Assembly (NCBI GenBank): GCA_002269645.1
Contig: NIVC01000606.1
Coordinates: forward strand, 434,001-498,000
Direction: 5' to 3'
DNA: 64,000 nucleotides
Source: Macrostomum lignano
Taxonomy: Eukaryota
The translations under genes and the position numbers were made by a program. Shown here in pieces: positions 36,927 through 48,686 of this stretch. Position 1 is the stretch's first letter. Each line of letters opens with the position of its first letter. The notes below the pieces were generated by a model, which made no database searches, was not told the DNA's origin, and saw only the letters and a program-made list of their open reading frames with translations.

Positions 36927-38666
36927 ATGTCCTGGGGAGTAAGTTGCATCGAACATGCTTGAGCCAGAGTGGCATTGCGCTTTTGTTTAGTTCTACTCAC
37001 AGATACTAGAATAATTAGATGGGCCACTCAGGCATATATACTCGAACTTAATAAAACAGCTTTCTACTTTCAGTTCCGTAGCAATGAAGAATACATAAGC
37101 TATTTTATAAAAATACGTCGTAAAGGCAGCTGAAATGACTTTGATAAGTTTAGAAGCCCAAGCTTGCAGGCGTAAACAACTTGCTAATTGGTTCAGCAAT
37201 AATGTACATTGGCCAGTCCACTGAAATGTACATGGCCGCTTTAGGTTGGAATTCCGAGAAAGGCAATAAAAATTGGGGTAGTGTTAGTTGGAGGGTTTAA
37301 GCGGGGGGGGGGTAAGAGGCAATAAATAAGCCTTGGCTTTAAAAGACATTAAAATGCTTCAGTTTCACTTACTACTGAACTGAAAGTAGCTTGCACGCAG
37401 ATGTGCTGAGTGGCCCATCTATCTGTGGTTCTATACATAAGCATATATGAGCATATGCGGCATGCTTGGCAAAACAGTTTTCTCGTACTTCAGTAGCAAG
37501 GAAGAATACATAACTAAGCTATTTTATAAAAAAAACTGTTGAAATGACTTGATAAGTTTACAGGCCAAGTTTGTTCAACGTTAACACTGCTGCTAGTAAG
37601 GTTCAGACATTATGCTTACATACATTACTCGTATTAATGTAGAATTATTAGCCAAAGCCACTTAAAATGTACATGACAGCTTTAGACTGAAACACCAAAT
37701 AAAATTGGGTGGCGGAGAGGCAGGGTAAAGATTTTTGTGTGGAAAGGCGCGACCGGCAGGTGCTGGGGGAGTGCAATAAACTTGACCCTAAATAATCGTG
37801 TTCTAAAATACATTAAAATGCTTCTATTTAACTTTTACTACTGAACTGAAAGTAGGTAACACGCAAATATGCTGAGTAACTAACCTATCTATTTTAAGTC
37901 TGTGGCTTCTGTTCTATTTGTACAAGAGAGGAGGGAGTATGAAAGGCTGTTTCTTCTCTGCTGTCAAAATTTATTATCAAGAAACTTTACGATACTACTG
38001 ACAGTTGAAAAGTAGAGTAGTCAAAATTTGGTCTACTTCATCGTTAATGCGTTAGTTGAAGCGAATCTAAGTTTACCAATCAGCGTAGGTTGACTATATG
38101 CAAGTCTTGAAAAAAGGGAAAAAACTTATACTACTACTAAGTACTTATGCGAGTAGAATATAAAAAATATATTATATAAACATTGCCAACAGGATCATCA
38201 CCACCATCACCACCACGGCCACCATCACGGACATCCGCATCTGCCACCACCGCCGCCTCCGCTGGGACACCAGCACCACCATCACGGACCCTTCCCTTTT
38301 CCGGAGCCGCACCAGCACCACCATGATCATCACGGACCCTTCCCTTTTCCGGAGCCGCACCAGCACCACCATGATCAACATGGACCCTTCCCTTTTCCGG
38401 AGCCGCACCAGCACCACCATGATCAACATGGACCCTTCCCTTTTCCGGAGCCGCACCAGCACCAACATCATCACCGCCCGCCACCGCTGCCAAACTGTGG
38501 GCCGCTGCCGCCGCCGCTGCCGCCGCCGCCGGGACCCTACAGGCCGGGCCAAGGTCAAGGAGGCTACCCGATCGGTGCCTGTCCGCCGCCACCGCCGCCA
38601 CCGCCGCCTCCCCCAGGCTGTCAGCAGCCTCCGTACCCGTCAGCGCCTAACGCTAGACCGTGGTGA
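36927..38666 (+). CDS. His/Pro-rich protein, join(36927..36938,38193..38666), 161 aa; not in the ORF track
   Basis: ATG TCC TGG GGA followed by the consensus donor GTAAGT; acceptor TTGCCAACAG at 38192; phase 0. Exon 2 is open for 158 codons: DHHHHHHHG...4 x 48-bp GPFPFPEPHQH repeats...poly-Pro...NARPW-stop. Confidence 0.75.
37018..37419. mobile_element. 402-bp MITE with TA flanks, plus a decayed tandem copy at ~37480-37890
   Basis: Perfect 14-bp TIR GATGGGCCACTCAG / CTGAGTGGCCCATC flanked by TA; internal blocks are repeated and diverged immediately downstream. Confidence 0.75.
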
Positions 38667-39600
38667 ACTGAGTATCTGGGCGAAGCAACATTTTTATCCC
38701 GACACACGAATGCCAATAGTCTATGGCAGTTATTTAATTAATTCAGCCTGGGAGAATGTCTATGGCCAATCGGGCTGCACCATGACTGCATAGTCTATGG
38801 CCAAAACATGGGTTAACTCCTTGAGATTTCCCCTTCCCTGAAAATAATTCTATTGGTCATTAATCATTAATCTCAACTTAAATTATTATAACATACAGAA
38901 ATTTCCTCATAATGATCTTTGGTTGTCATAAAAACAATAAATTATGAAAATTAATTAAAATACTTTGTTAATATGCTTTAACTTTTTTTTAGCTTCAGAT
39001 ATTTACCCATTCAATCCTTATATTCTTGAATCTCACCCATCTAATCCTTATATCCTTTAATCTCACTCATTCAATCTCAATCTCCTACAATCTCACCAAT
39101 CCAATCTCACTCTTCCATCTCACCCATCGAATCTCACTCTCCTACAATCTCACCAATCCAATCTCACTCTTCCATCTCACCCATCGAATCTCACTCTCCT
39201 ACAGTCTTACCCATTCAATTATACTTTCTTGCGGCACAGCTCATTGGCCGCTGACCGGTAGCTGGGAAGGGATTCGGCCCAAAATCTTTCTCCAACTCAC
39301 CGAATATCTCGAAACTGAACCCGGCATGCCAAGTCTGTCATTTCTAATCACCAGAGGATTTGGGCGAACGACTCTTCCAGTGCTCGCGTGTTTCTCCTCT
39401 CAGGAGTTTGTTGGCTGGCGGCGATAAGCTCGCCAGGTCATGCAAGGCGGAGCACGAGGCCTGTGCCCCCTGCCACCCTCAGTGTCGTCCCTCCTGCCCT
39501 CAGCTCTGAAGATTCTTCCCGCAAGCAGCTGGGCACGAGTTGTCGTGCCTTTATAAAGCGAATATTGGATTCCTCGATGCCTTTCAGCTTTGCATTCTTA

Positions 39601-40277
39601 GCTAGAGGGGCAGGGGTGCTAGAGGGGCAGGGGTGCTAGATGGGCAGGGGTGCTAGAGGGGGCAGGGGTGCTAGAGGGGCAGGGGTGCTAGAGGGCAGGG
39701 GTGCTAGAGGGGCAGGGGTGCTAGATGGGCAGGGGTGCTAGAGGGGGCAGGGGTGCTAGAGGGGCAGGGGTGCTAGAGGGGCAGGGGTGCTAGATGGGCA
39801 GGGGTGCTAGAGGGGCAGGGGTGCTAGAGGGGCAGGGGTGCTAGAGGGCAGGGGTGCTAGAGGGGCAGGGGTGCTAGATGGGCAGGGGTGCTAGAGGGGG
39901 CAGGGGTGCTAGAGGGGGCAGGGGTGCTAGAGGGGCAGGGGTGCTAGATGGGCAGGGGTGCTAGAGGGGCAGGGGTGCTAGAGGGGCAGGGGTGCTAGAG
40001 GGGCAGGGGTGCTAGATGGGCAGGGGTGCTAGAGGGGGCAGGGGTGCTAGAGGGGCAGGGGTGCTAGAGGGGCAGGGGTGCTAGATGGGCAGGGGTGCTA
40101 GAGGGGGCAGGGGTGCTAGAGGGGGCAGGGGTGCTAGAGGGCAGGGGTGCTAGAGGGGCAGGGGTGCTAGATGGGCAGGGGTGCTAGAGGGGCAGGGGTG
40201 CTAGAGGGGCAGGGGTGCTAGAGGGGCAGGGGTGCTAGAGGGGGCAGGGGTGCTAGAGGGGCAGGGTGCTAGATGGA
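39601..40277. repeat. 17-bp G-rich minisatellite with G-quadruplex potential
   Basis: (AGAGGGGCAGGGGTGCT)n, about 39 copies with two G3-5 tracts per unit. Confidence 0.97.
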
Positions 40278-40988
40278 GGGACATCATTGCCACCTCCAGC
40301 TGAGCAAATGACATTGCCCAAACTGCATTCAAAGAGCAACAGAGCGTGTCCAACTGAAGAGTGAAAACGTACTAAAGCTGCCCGACCTCCGCCCCGCTCC
40401 GCCTGAGGTCTGAGCAATCTTGGCTGTCCCCCCCCCAGCCAGCCCAGAGCAGATTACAGATCTGTCAGCACCAATCAGGGCATCGAGGGAAAAACTCACG
40501 GACCACTGCCCAGTTGCACTTGATTAGGCGGGACACTGCAGAGCCCCCCTCCCCGGATTCTGGGGACACCCATCTGCAGACTTTAGACTGCAATGCGCGG
40601 GCACTTTCCCTCCCAGCCTGCCTGCCGCCTCCCTTCTCTCTGAGCCATCGACGCGACAAAAATTGAATCGCGGCGCGCGCGCCCCAGCCCCAGACCCCCG
40701 CCCCAGCCCCAGCCCCAGCCCCAGCCCCAGCCCCAGCCCCAGACCCCCGCCGCCGTCGCCGCCTTCCAAAGCCATGGCCTACTTTTTCTCCCCAAGCCTC
40801 CGCCTCTTATTTCTCCTCAGAAGCCGGTTATCCCTGAGAGCAAATCCACTTACGCAGCCCCTTCCCCAGCTCCCAGCAATTGGTCAGCAGGCAGCGCCAG
40901 CAGCGGATATATTTACCCCCCCCCCTCCAGTCAGCCTCCAGATCGAAGTCGAGAAGCCTTCATCGAGTTCGAATGAGAAAAGGACAAC

Positions 40989-42014
40989 ATGTCGCAGATT
41001 GCTGCCGGTTTGCTTCTAGTTGCCATGGCAACAGTTCTAAGAATAGCGTCATGTCAGGCGGACGCGCAACAGCCACTGCCGGGACTCCGGGTGATTCTCG
41101 GCGCGATGCCCTGGTCGGAGGCCGCCCAGCTGTGCGCCAGAGAGGGCCTGGCGCTCGCTCCAGCGGCGGCCGTGGACGGGGGCGCCGCGGCGGCCGGCGC
41201 TCGGCTGGCCGAGGAGCGCGTCGACCGCCGGCTGTGGATCGACGGCGTCAGGGACAGGCGCCGGTGCAGCTGCCGCTGGGAGCTGGGCGAGGGCGGCGGC
41301 GTCGGAAGCGGCGAGGTGGCGGAGGACTGGCGGCTGGCCAGGAACGAGTGCCTGACGATCCAGCCGCCAGCGCTGGTCGGGTTTGCCGACTGCCAGCAGT
41401 ACCAGGGCGGCGCCCTCTGCTCCCGACCGCTGCCTCCGCAGCCAACTTCAACATGGCCGCCGCCATCTAGCCCGACTCCGACGCCTTCGGCGGCATCGGC
41501 TGCGGCGGCAGCGGCGGCAGCAGCAGCGGCGGCTGCGGCGGCTGCGGCGGCCGGGCATCGAGAGGCCTGGCTGCCAGCGGCCACGGCAGCCCTGGCAGTC
41601 TGCCTGCTGGTCATCGTGGTGCTCCTGATCATCATCGCCGCTCAGCGGGCGTCGTCGTCCAGATCGATCAGATCTTCGGAATCCTCGGCTAGCACTGCGG
41701 CGGCGGCGTCGGCGGCCCTGGCGGGCGGCGGTAGCGGAGCTTCGACGAACCATCGGCATCTTCTCAGCGGCGGCGGCGTCGGCGGCGGCAACGCCGGTCT
41801 GTCGTCGGCAGCTCGACAGGTTTTCGCGAACCGGCGCACGGCGGCCACGGCGCCGCTGCATCTGAGCGGGGAGGCGGCCGCGGCGGCGGAGGAGGGGCCG
41901 TGCGAGATCGCCTCGCTGTACGAGACAGCAATGTGTCGGGGCGGCGGCTGCAGCAGTTTTGGCGGCGGCTGCAGTTGCAATGCTATCGGCGCACTGGCCA
42001 GTCAGAAGCTGTAG
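40989..42014 (+). CDS. Intronless type I membrane protein with a divergent C-type lectin-like domain (341 aa)
   Basis: Signal-like N-terminus; WSEAAQLC, LWIDG, NECL, DC...GALC follow CTLD spacing but lack EPN/QPD and WND; Pro/Ala stalk; TM AVCLLVIVVLLIII; AATAAA at ~42096. Confidence 0.72.
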   Translation: MSQIAAGLLLVAMATVLRIASCQADAQQPLPGLRVILGAMPWSEAAQLCAREGLALAPAAAVDGGAAAAGARLAEERVDRRLWIDGVRDRRRCSCRWELGEGGGVGSGEVAEDWRLARNECLTIQPPALVGFADCQQYQGGALCSRPLPPQPTSTWPPPSSPTPTPSAASAAAAAAAAAAAAAAAAAAGHREAWLPAATAALAVCLLVIVVLLIIIAAQRASSSRSIRSSESSASTAAAASAALAGGGSGASTNHRHLLSGGGVGGGNAGLSSAARQVFANRRTAATAPLHLSGEAAAAAEEGPCEIASLYETAMCRGGGCSSFGGGCSCNAIGALASQKL

Positions 42015-42957
42015 GAGCTTGGCGCGGATTGACTTGCTGGATTCAGTCTGAGTTTTATAACAATGTGTCTTATGAAAAATTGATAGAAAATTATGAATAA
42101 ACCGTTTTAGTGCTCAATTTCGAATTAATAAAATAAAAGTATAATTCAACATGTTGTAAAGAGAACGGCAGTTTTAAATGATGCAGCGACAGAGGAGTCG
42201 GCAGCACATTCTCAGTCTTATGCTCACATTAGCGGACATGTGTATCAGTCAGCTGTCAGTGCCGCGGCCCCCCCCCCCCACGGGAGGCTGGACTAACGAG
42301 CGATGTAGGAAGCGGCAGAAGTATCTAGCGAATTACCGCGAGGGCCCAGGTCTGGCTGTACACGACCGCCCGCAGACTACAGAAGCAATGAAATCAGCTT
42401 ACAAGCCGGCCTGCCAATTTTTGCACAATCTCTCGGCCTCGCCCACTTGATGCTGGGCGCAAGATGTGTGAAAATACGGTTGCTCTCCAGAGCTGCCAGT
42501 TCAGGGCTGCTGTATGGACTGAGTCATTGCTCAGCTCTCAGCTTCTTCTTCATCAATTCCGCCTTCTCCCCGTGCAGCCTGATTGCGGCTGGTGCAGATA
42601 AGCGGCAGAGGGAAGCGCTTCCCAACTCTTGTCCCATTAGCGGGGAGGCAGCGGAGTGAGACAGAAGGGAGCGGATAGACCAGGGATATTTCTCCTACTA
42701 CTTTTCAGGCTGTGTAAATGCATATTTAGCCAAGCAAATTATCTCATTTGCGAGATTAGGCGAGATTTCTTGCAAGGTATAGGGTCAGCCGACCCCCATT
42801 GACCCCGTCCAGATCTACCATTGCTCAAGGACTACTCAGGTAGAAGGATGGGAAACTACGTTTCTTGGAAAACGTTATAGTCAGCAGGTTTTACGTACCG
42901 AAAATACACAATACGGAGAATTGAGGTTTTCATTATCTCAGCGAGACTAGCCTAGGG

Positions 42958-43073
42958 GTTGTAGCCTAGTGTCACTGGAACAAATTGTGTCTTAAGCAAG
43001 ACACTTGACTCTGCATTGCTTCAGTTCACCCAGCTGTAAAATGGGCACCAGCATTAGCTGGGGTAATTGAGGG
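42958..43073 (+). mobile_element. CORE-SINE family 2, internally deleted copy
   Basis: A box joined almost directly to AGCAAGACACTT...CTTCAGTTCACCCAGCTGTAAAATGGG...GCATTAGCTGGGGTAA, matching 31580-31670. Confidence 0.85.
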
Positions 43074-45328
43074 TGAGTCCTTGGCCTCCCAAAAAATTTA
43101 TAAGAAACGCGTAGTTTACCTACTATTAGAGTAAAATGATTGTATAAGTTAATTCCCTGAAGTAATTTTACTCAAGTTCAAGTTATCGCTATTTTAAACA
43201 GTTTTCTGAGGTGCTCATGTTTTAAGCACGAATCTCCAGTTCTAAGGAGAATTTTCCCTCACAGCCGCTGCCTATTTGCATTTCCCCAACTGTTTACCTA
43301 CAAGTCCGTGACGCCAAGACTGCATAAGCTAATTTAGCAGTTCCAGCCAAGGCAGTAATAAAAATGGCCAATCAATATTTGACAAACCGACAGGGCATCC
43401 AGTTTGGCAGATCGGGTTTCAAGCAGAAAAGAAATGGGAAAGGCGCCGCTGCAGCCCCTGAAATCCCTCGATCTGATCAATGAGTTTATAATTCTGGGGA
43501 GGCCTCGGAACTCCTCTGGACCAGCCCTCTGTCTTTTCTTGGCTGGCCATTTTACCAATGAACGATAGAGATGAGATGAGTAATCAATCAGATCAGCTGA
43601 CCGGCTATTCGAGCTGTAGTCAATAAATCAATGACTAGCATGCCGGGGCATTAACATACGTGTTTAGAGTTTATTAAACAATCCAAATTCAAGAACTGCG
43701 TGCAGGTCTTGCTGACAGACGGTTCAATTATAAGCTCACAGAATACTAATTAGCTGCCGAGGCATCTCGCTATTTGAATAAAAGTTAGTTACTCCTGCCG
43801 TTTACCCAAAACAGCTGGTAAATGTTGGCTGGCAAATGGCCGTCTGGCAATCGGTGTAGACTCAAGAGAGCACACATCAAAGAGATCAATAATGATGGAA
43901 AAAGAGTTTAAGCAACAGCAAGTTTCTCGTGACCCATAGGATGCAAACAGCAGTGAAATTCTACAAGGCTTTGCGCTGAACAAAACAGGCAATTATTAAC
44001 AGATTATTATTATTATTATGTATGAAATTATGTAATATTACAAATAATGCTTCAACTTACTGTTATATATAGAATCAGTAAGGTTATAATACACAGAAGT
44101 TTTGGTACGATCGCTAACATAAATATTGCAACAGGGCTGCTGTTACTATTAGAAATTTATTAATAAATTCGTGTATAAAATTATTGTATTACAGCATATT
44201 TTATTGTAGAATCTTATTTACAAAGAGAAACCAAGTCTAAATTAGGATAGAAACAGGGGACGCACAACAGGAGAAATATTTTCATGCTGAAAAATTTCGA
44301 ATTTACAAATTTGAAAACCGACCCAGATGCCAAAGTGGAGTGCATGCAGGCTGTGCTAGGACCCTGGGGTAGAAATGTTAATGAAATAATGGAATTATTT
44401 GTACTACTGGCATATGTTGGCATCAATGGCCAATTGACAGCCCAATATCTCCAAAGTTTGTCAGTATCCTGTGAAACATTTGCAGCCTTCCGACTGAATT
44501 TGCAATGCTATCTAAAATCATTTTGCAAGCTGCTAGGATTGCTTCAGTTTAATACGGTAGGACTTGAAGGGTCAAAGCATTAAATATGACAATCAACAGG
44601 TGCTCAGGTATTATATAGTGCGCAATAGTACAGCTGCTCTCCTATATGTTACAACAGGTAAATATTGATAATGTAAATAAGCCGCATTATATAACACAGC
44701 AGCAAATTCAACTAGTTAACAGGTGCGGCAAAACAGAGCACAGGCAGTTAAAGACAAGAACTTAAGAAACATCCAATAAACAGAAGAGCCTGCAAGCTGC
44801 TAGTTAAATCCGCCTTAATCCTGCAAGAGTCAAAACGTAAAAACAAGTGAAAACAAAAACAGAAAAAACACAGGTAAAAATTCGGTTACACTATCAGCAA
44901 CAAACCGAGAGCTCCCAGGTGATGCCAGTTATGTGATACAGTAGTATTAAATAGCATATTGTAACTAGATGCGCGGTAAATCGCTGCCTTTATCAAATAA
45001 CAAAAACTAGCAAATTAATAAATAATAAATCGAAGCCATTCACAGATTCTATGATAATAAACTAGACAGGCCGCCCAGCAAATTTGCGTGTAAGCTACTT
45101 TCAATTCAGTAGTAAGAGTTAATCAAGCATTTTGATGTATTTTTAGGACAAGGTTCATTTGTTGCCTTTCAATTCCCCTACGTGGAAAATCATTTTTTTG
45201 TTTCTTTTCACAAAATAGCTTACAAACTCTTCCTTGCTACTGAATTGACAGTAGGTAAACTGCTATACATGTAAATAGCCAATCTAGTTATTATCATATC
45301 TGTGGAAATTCCTACAGACATCTTCAGG

Positions 45329-46447
45329 CTAGGAAGCGTCTTCGCCGCCGCTTTTTCCACCGCCGCCGTTGCTAACGGCAACTGCAGGCGCCGATTCTGC
45401 GGCCGCCGCCGGCTCTGCCTCCGTTGCCGACTTGTCCTCCTCGTCCTTGCCGTCGGCTGCAGCAGCCTCCGGCTTTGAATCCGTCGCATTCGAGCCCGCC
45501 AGCTCGTCACCTTCAGCGTTGTCTTCGGCTGCCACCGCCGTGGGAGCCGCGGTTTTGCTGTCGCCTTCGGCGCTGCCCGACTGCGACTCCGCATCCTTGC
45601 CGGCCCTGGGAGGAGTCTTGTCCTCCTTGTCGGCGGTACCGTCGGGCTTGTCAGCAGTGGAAGCTGACGCCGCAGTCTCTTCCTTCGCCTGCTTCTCCTC
45701 CTGGGTTCCGTCAGCGGCCTTCGGCTGCGACTGTGGCGGCGGAGTCGGCGACTTATCCTTGACGACTTTTTCGTCGCGTGGCTTCGCCGAGTCCGCAGGT
45801 TTGGCCGGTGCTTCAGCCGGTGCTTCAGCCGGCGCTGCCGCAGCCGTTTCGCTAGAATCTCCCGCCTTCGCGCTGCTGCCGTCCTTGTCTTTGTTGTCCT
45901 TGGCCGGCGCTGCCGGTTTCTTCTTGTTCTTCTCGTCTTCTGCTTCCACTGCAACGGCTGCCGAGCTTGCTGTCTTGGAATTTGTTGCCGCCGTCGTCTC
46001 GGCCTTCGTTGCCGCCGCCGCTGCTGACGTAGCCGGTTTCGCTGCCGCTGCCGACGCCGCCTTACCCGGTGGCGCCGTAGATTTCGGCGCAGATTTGGCG
46101 CCAGTCGCAGCCGGATCAACCAGTTTAGCCAGGCCCCCGCATTTGGTCTCCTCAAAGCTGACCTCGCCGCTCTCCAATCGCACAATGAATTGGTGCACCG
46201 AGCGCACCTGGCCAAGTGGATCATCTGGCTGGCACGGCATCGAGGATAAGAAGCAGTGGGCCTCGCGGAACGGCGCCACGATGTGCACCAGGCTGTTGTC
46301 AGCGGACGGCCTGTACAGGTATTTCCTACCGTCGATGGCGTGCTCTTCAAAGTGATAAATGTTGAAGTTGCTCAAGTTGATGGAGTGAAACTTTTTAGAA
46401 AACAGCTCCGCTAAGCTTAGCTTGCTCTGCTTGGCTGGCGTTGCCAT
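45329..46447 (-). CDS. 372-aa protein: unknown N-terminal domain plus Ala/Lys/Glu/Ser/Pro low-complexity tail
   Basis: Single GC-rich ORF with an in-frame stop upstream of the ATG; the N-terminal ~95 aa align with the ORF at 48378-48686. Confidence 0.8.
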   Translation of the reverse strand: MATPAKQSKLSLAELFSKKFHSINLSNFNIYHFEEHAIDGRKYLYRPSADNSLVHIVAPFREAHCFLSSMPCQPDDPLGQVRSVHQFIVRLESGEVSFEETKCGGLAKLVDPAATGAKSAPKSTAPPGKAASAAAAKPATSAAAAATKAETTAATNSKTASSAAVAVEAEDEKNKKKPAAPAKDNKDKDGSSAKAGDSSETAAAAPAEAPAEAPAKPADSAKPRDEKVVKDKSPTPPPQSQPKAADGTQEEKQAKEETAASASTADKPDGTADKEDKTPPRAGKDAESQSGSAEGDSKTAAPTAVAAEDNAEGDELAGSNATDSKPEAAAADGKDEEDKSATEAEPAAAAESAPAVAVSNGGGGKSGGEDAS

Positions 46448-46594
46448 TGTTGACAGGGCAGCGACGATGTCTCTCGCTCAACAGGTGACGCTGGGAGTTA
46501 AAGGCTGCAACGTTAATTTATCATTTATTGGTGCTGTTTAAAATGAAGTCTGGGTTAAGGTTAAAGTGCCAAGTCATTCAGACTGTCACTCATT

Positions 46595-47012
46595 GTAGCT
46601 GTGGATAAACTCTCATTCTGGCTGTGGATAAACTCTCATTCTGGCTGTGGATAAACTCTCATTCTGGCTGTGGATAAACTCTTATTCTGGCTGTGGATAA
46701 ACTGTCACTATGGTTGTGGATGAACTCTCACTATGGCTGTGGATGAACTTTCACTATGGTTGTGGATGAACTCTCACTATGGCTGTGGATGAACTCTCAC
46801 TATGGTTGTGGATGAACTCTCACTATGGCTGTGGATAAAATCTCACTATGGCTGTGGCCTGTGGATAAACTCTCACCATGGCTGTGGATAAAATCTCACT
46901 ATGGCTGTGGCCTGTGGATAAACTCTCACTATAAGTGTGGATAAACTCTCACTATGGCTGTGGATAAACTCACTATAACTGTGGATAAACTCTCACTATG
47001 GCTGTGGATGAG
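46595..47012. repeat. 23-bp minisatellite between the two paralogues
   Basis: Unit CTGTGGATAAACTCTCACTATGG with variants. Confidence 0.94.
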
Positions 47013-48377
47013 CTAGTACTTGGCATTGGTAAAATTCATATATGACTATGTATAATGTGTAACTTGGCTATGAATAAAAATTCTAATGCAGTTGTGCATT
47101 AATGGAAAAAAGAAGCAGTAAAACATATTGATATTTATGACTGAACTGTGTTAGCGACTAAATGTATTTATTAATTGCGTTATACCAGTCATCAGTGACA
47201 ATATTAAATAGCAACGAGAATGGGAAAGAGCAGGCATTTGCAGGCGCACTGCCAATTACAGTGCTATAAAGATACGGAAAGAACACGCAGACTGCTCTAC
47301 TTACAGTAGAGATGCAAGTAAATCATGCGCGCCATCTGTGCCGCAGCGCAAGTATTAATCGCAGTAAAATGAATACGAAAAACCTAAATAAAAATCGTCA
47401 TTAAATCTTACAATTAAAATTGGCATGCATAAAATATATATTTTTAAAATGTATTATATACGAGCAGGAACAATTGCAAATACCGGTGTTATTTGACAAA
47501 GTTAACGCATTTTGTTCGGGGTGTTCTTTGTAAAAACAATTGTCGAATAAAAAGCGCGCAAACTACTGAGAGAACAGTAGGCAGTGACAGAAATTAAGGA
47601 CTGCAGCTTTAGTTGAGGCTGAGGTGGGCACACAAGGTGGGTCAAAACAACAAATAAAAATATCAATATTAACACACATTAGTAAAGCGTTCTTGAAAGC
47701 GAAATAAACAAGGTCAAATGAAGGACAAATCGTTTAACTAAGGTATCGTCTTCGCGTACATTATGAGCAAGCGCATACTTAATATGTAGATACAAACGAA
47801 AGAATATGGAGATCTTCTAGCAAGCATGAACCAGTCTAGTCAATAAAATTGAAGCTCATTACAAGATTGCCTTACACATTGAGACATTACTTTCTTATGC
47901 GGTCATAGAAGCCAGTGTAAATAAATCATTGCGTTTTGTGACTCAAGGTGACAGCAAGGAATATACTACTGAATTAAACTCCAGTCAGTAGTATTCTTTT
48001 CACGATTTACTGTCCTAAGGTCTTTATCTAACAGATATTTATCTTTGCAAGTCACTCGCTATTGATATTATTGTTTATGTCCCATAATACTACTAAATTC
48101 AACTCTTGTCAGTAGTAGTCTTGTCGATAGCTTTTATTCTTTTATACTATTTATACTTAAAAATATATTTTTTAAATGCCTAAAATCCTAATATTTTGAA
48201 ATGGGTCAATTTATTAACGTGAAATTTTTCACCTAGCGCATTGTGCAAATATGGACAGCATACCCAATCAAAAGCTATGGAAGAATTCTCCTTAATTTTG
48301 AAATACCCCTCGTACAGCCAAGTCTTTGAACAGACAAAACACTGCCTTGTGATATTGAGGCTGCATATAAGAAAAGC

Positions 48378-48686
48378 TCACACACCAGCCGCAGACTCTG
48401 ACTGCATAACATACTGGTGAATCTCGTGTATCCTAGCGGCCGGGTCTCCACTAGGGCAGGGCATGGACACAAGCAGGCACATGCGGTCGCGGTATTTCAG
48501 CACAACAGTCAGCATGTCGTTGCGCACAGATGGCCGGAACAGGTACTTCCGGCCGGATATGGTCAGCTCCTCGAAATGATAGATATTGTAGTTGTCCGGA
48601 TTGAAGCTGTGCAGTTTCCGACTGAAGATGTCGCCAATCTCGGCCAGCTTAGCAGTCGGCTGCCGGTTCTCCACATCTGAGGACAT
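48378..48686 (-). CDS. 102-aa paralogue consisting of the unknown domain only
   Basis: ATG at 48686, 27 nt after a TTGCAG acceptor. Shares FSxKxHS, NxNIYHFEE, IxGRKYL[YF]RPS, CxLxSMPC, DP and HQ[FY] with 45329-46447. It may continue through a GTGAGC donor at its 3' end. Confidence 0.72.
   Translation of the reverse strand: MSSDVENRQPTAKLAEIGDIFSRKLHSFNPDNYNIYHFEELTISGRKYLFRPSVRNDMLTVVLKYRDRMCLLVSMPCPSGDPAARIHEIHQYVMQSESAAGV

Noticed and set aside
41914-41932. ITIM in the lectin-like receptor tail
   Set aside because: SLYETA lacks the hydrophobic I/L/V at Y+3.
46448-48380. Splicing of the two paralogues into one two-domain protein
   Set aside because: An in-frame TGA lies between the TTGCAG acceptor and ATG 46447, so no simple in-frame join exists.
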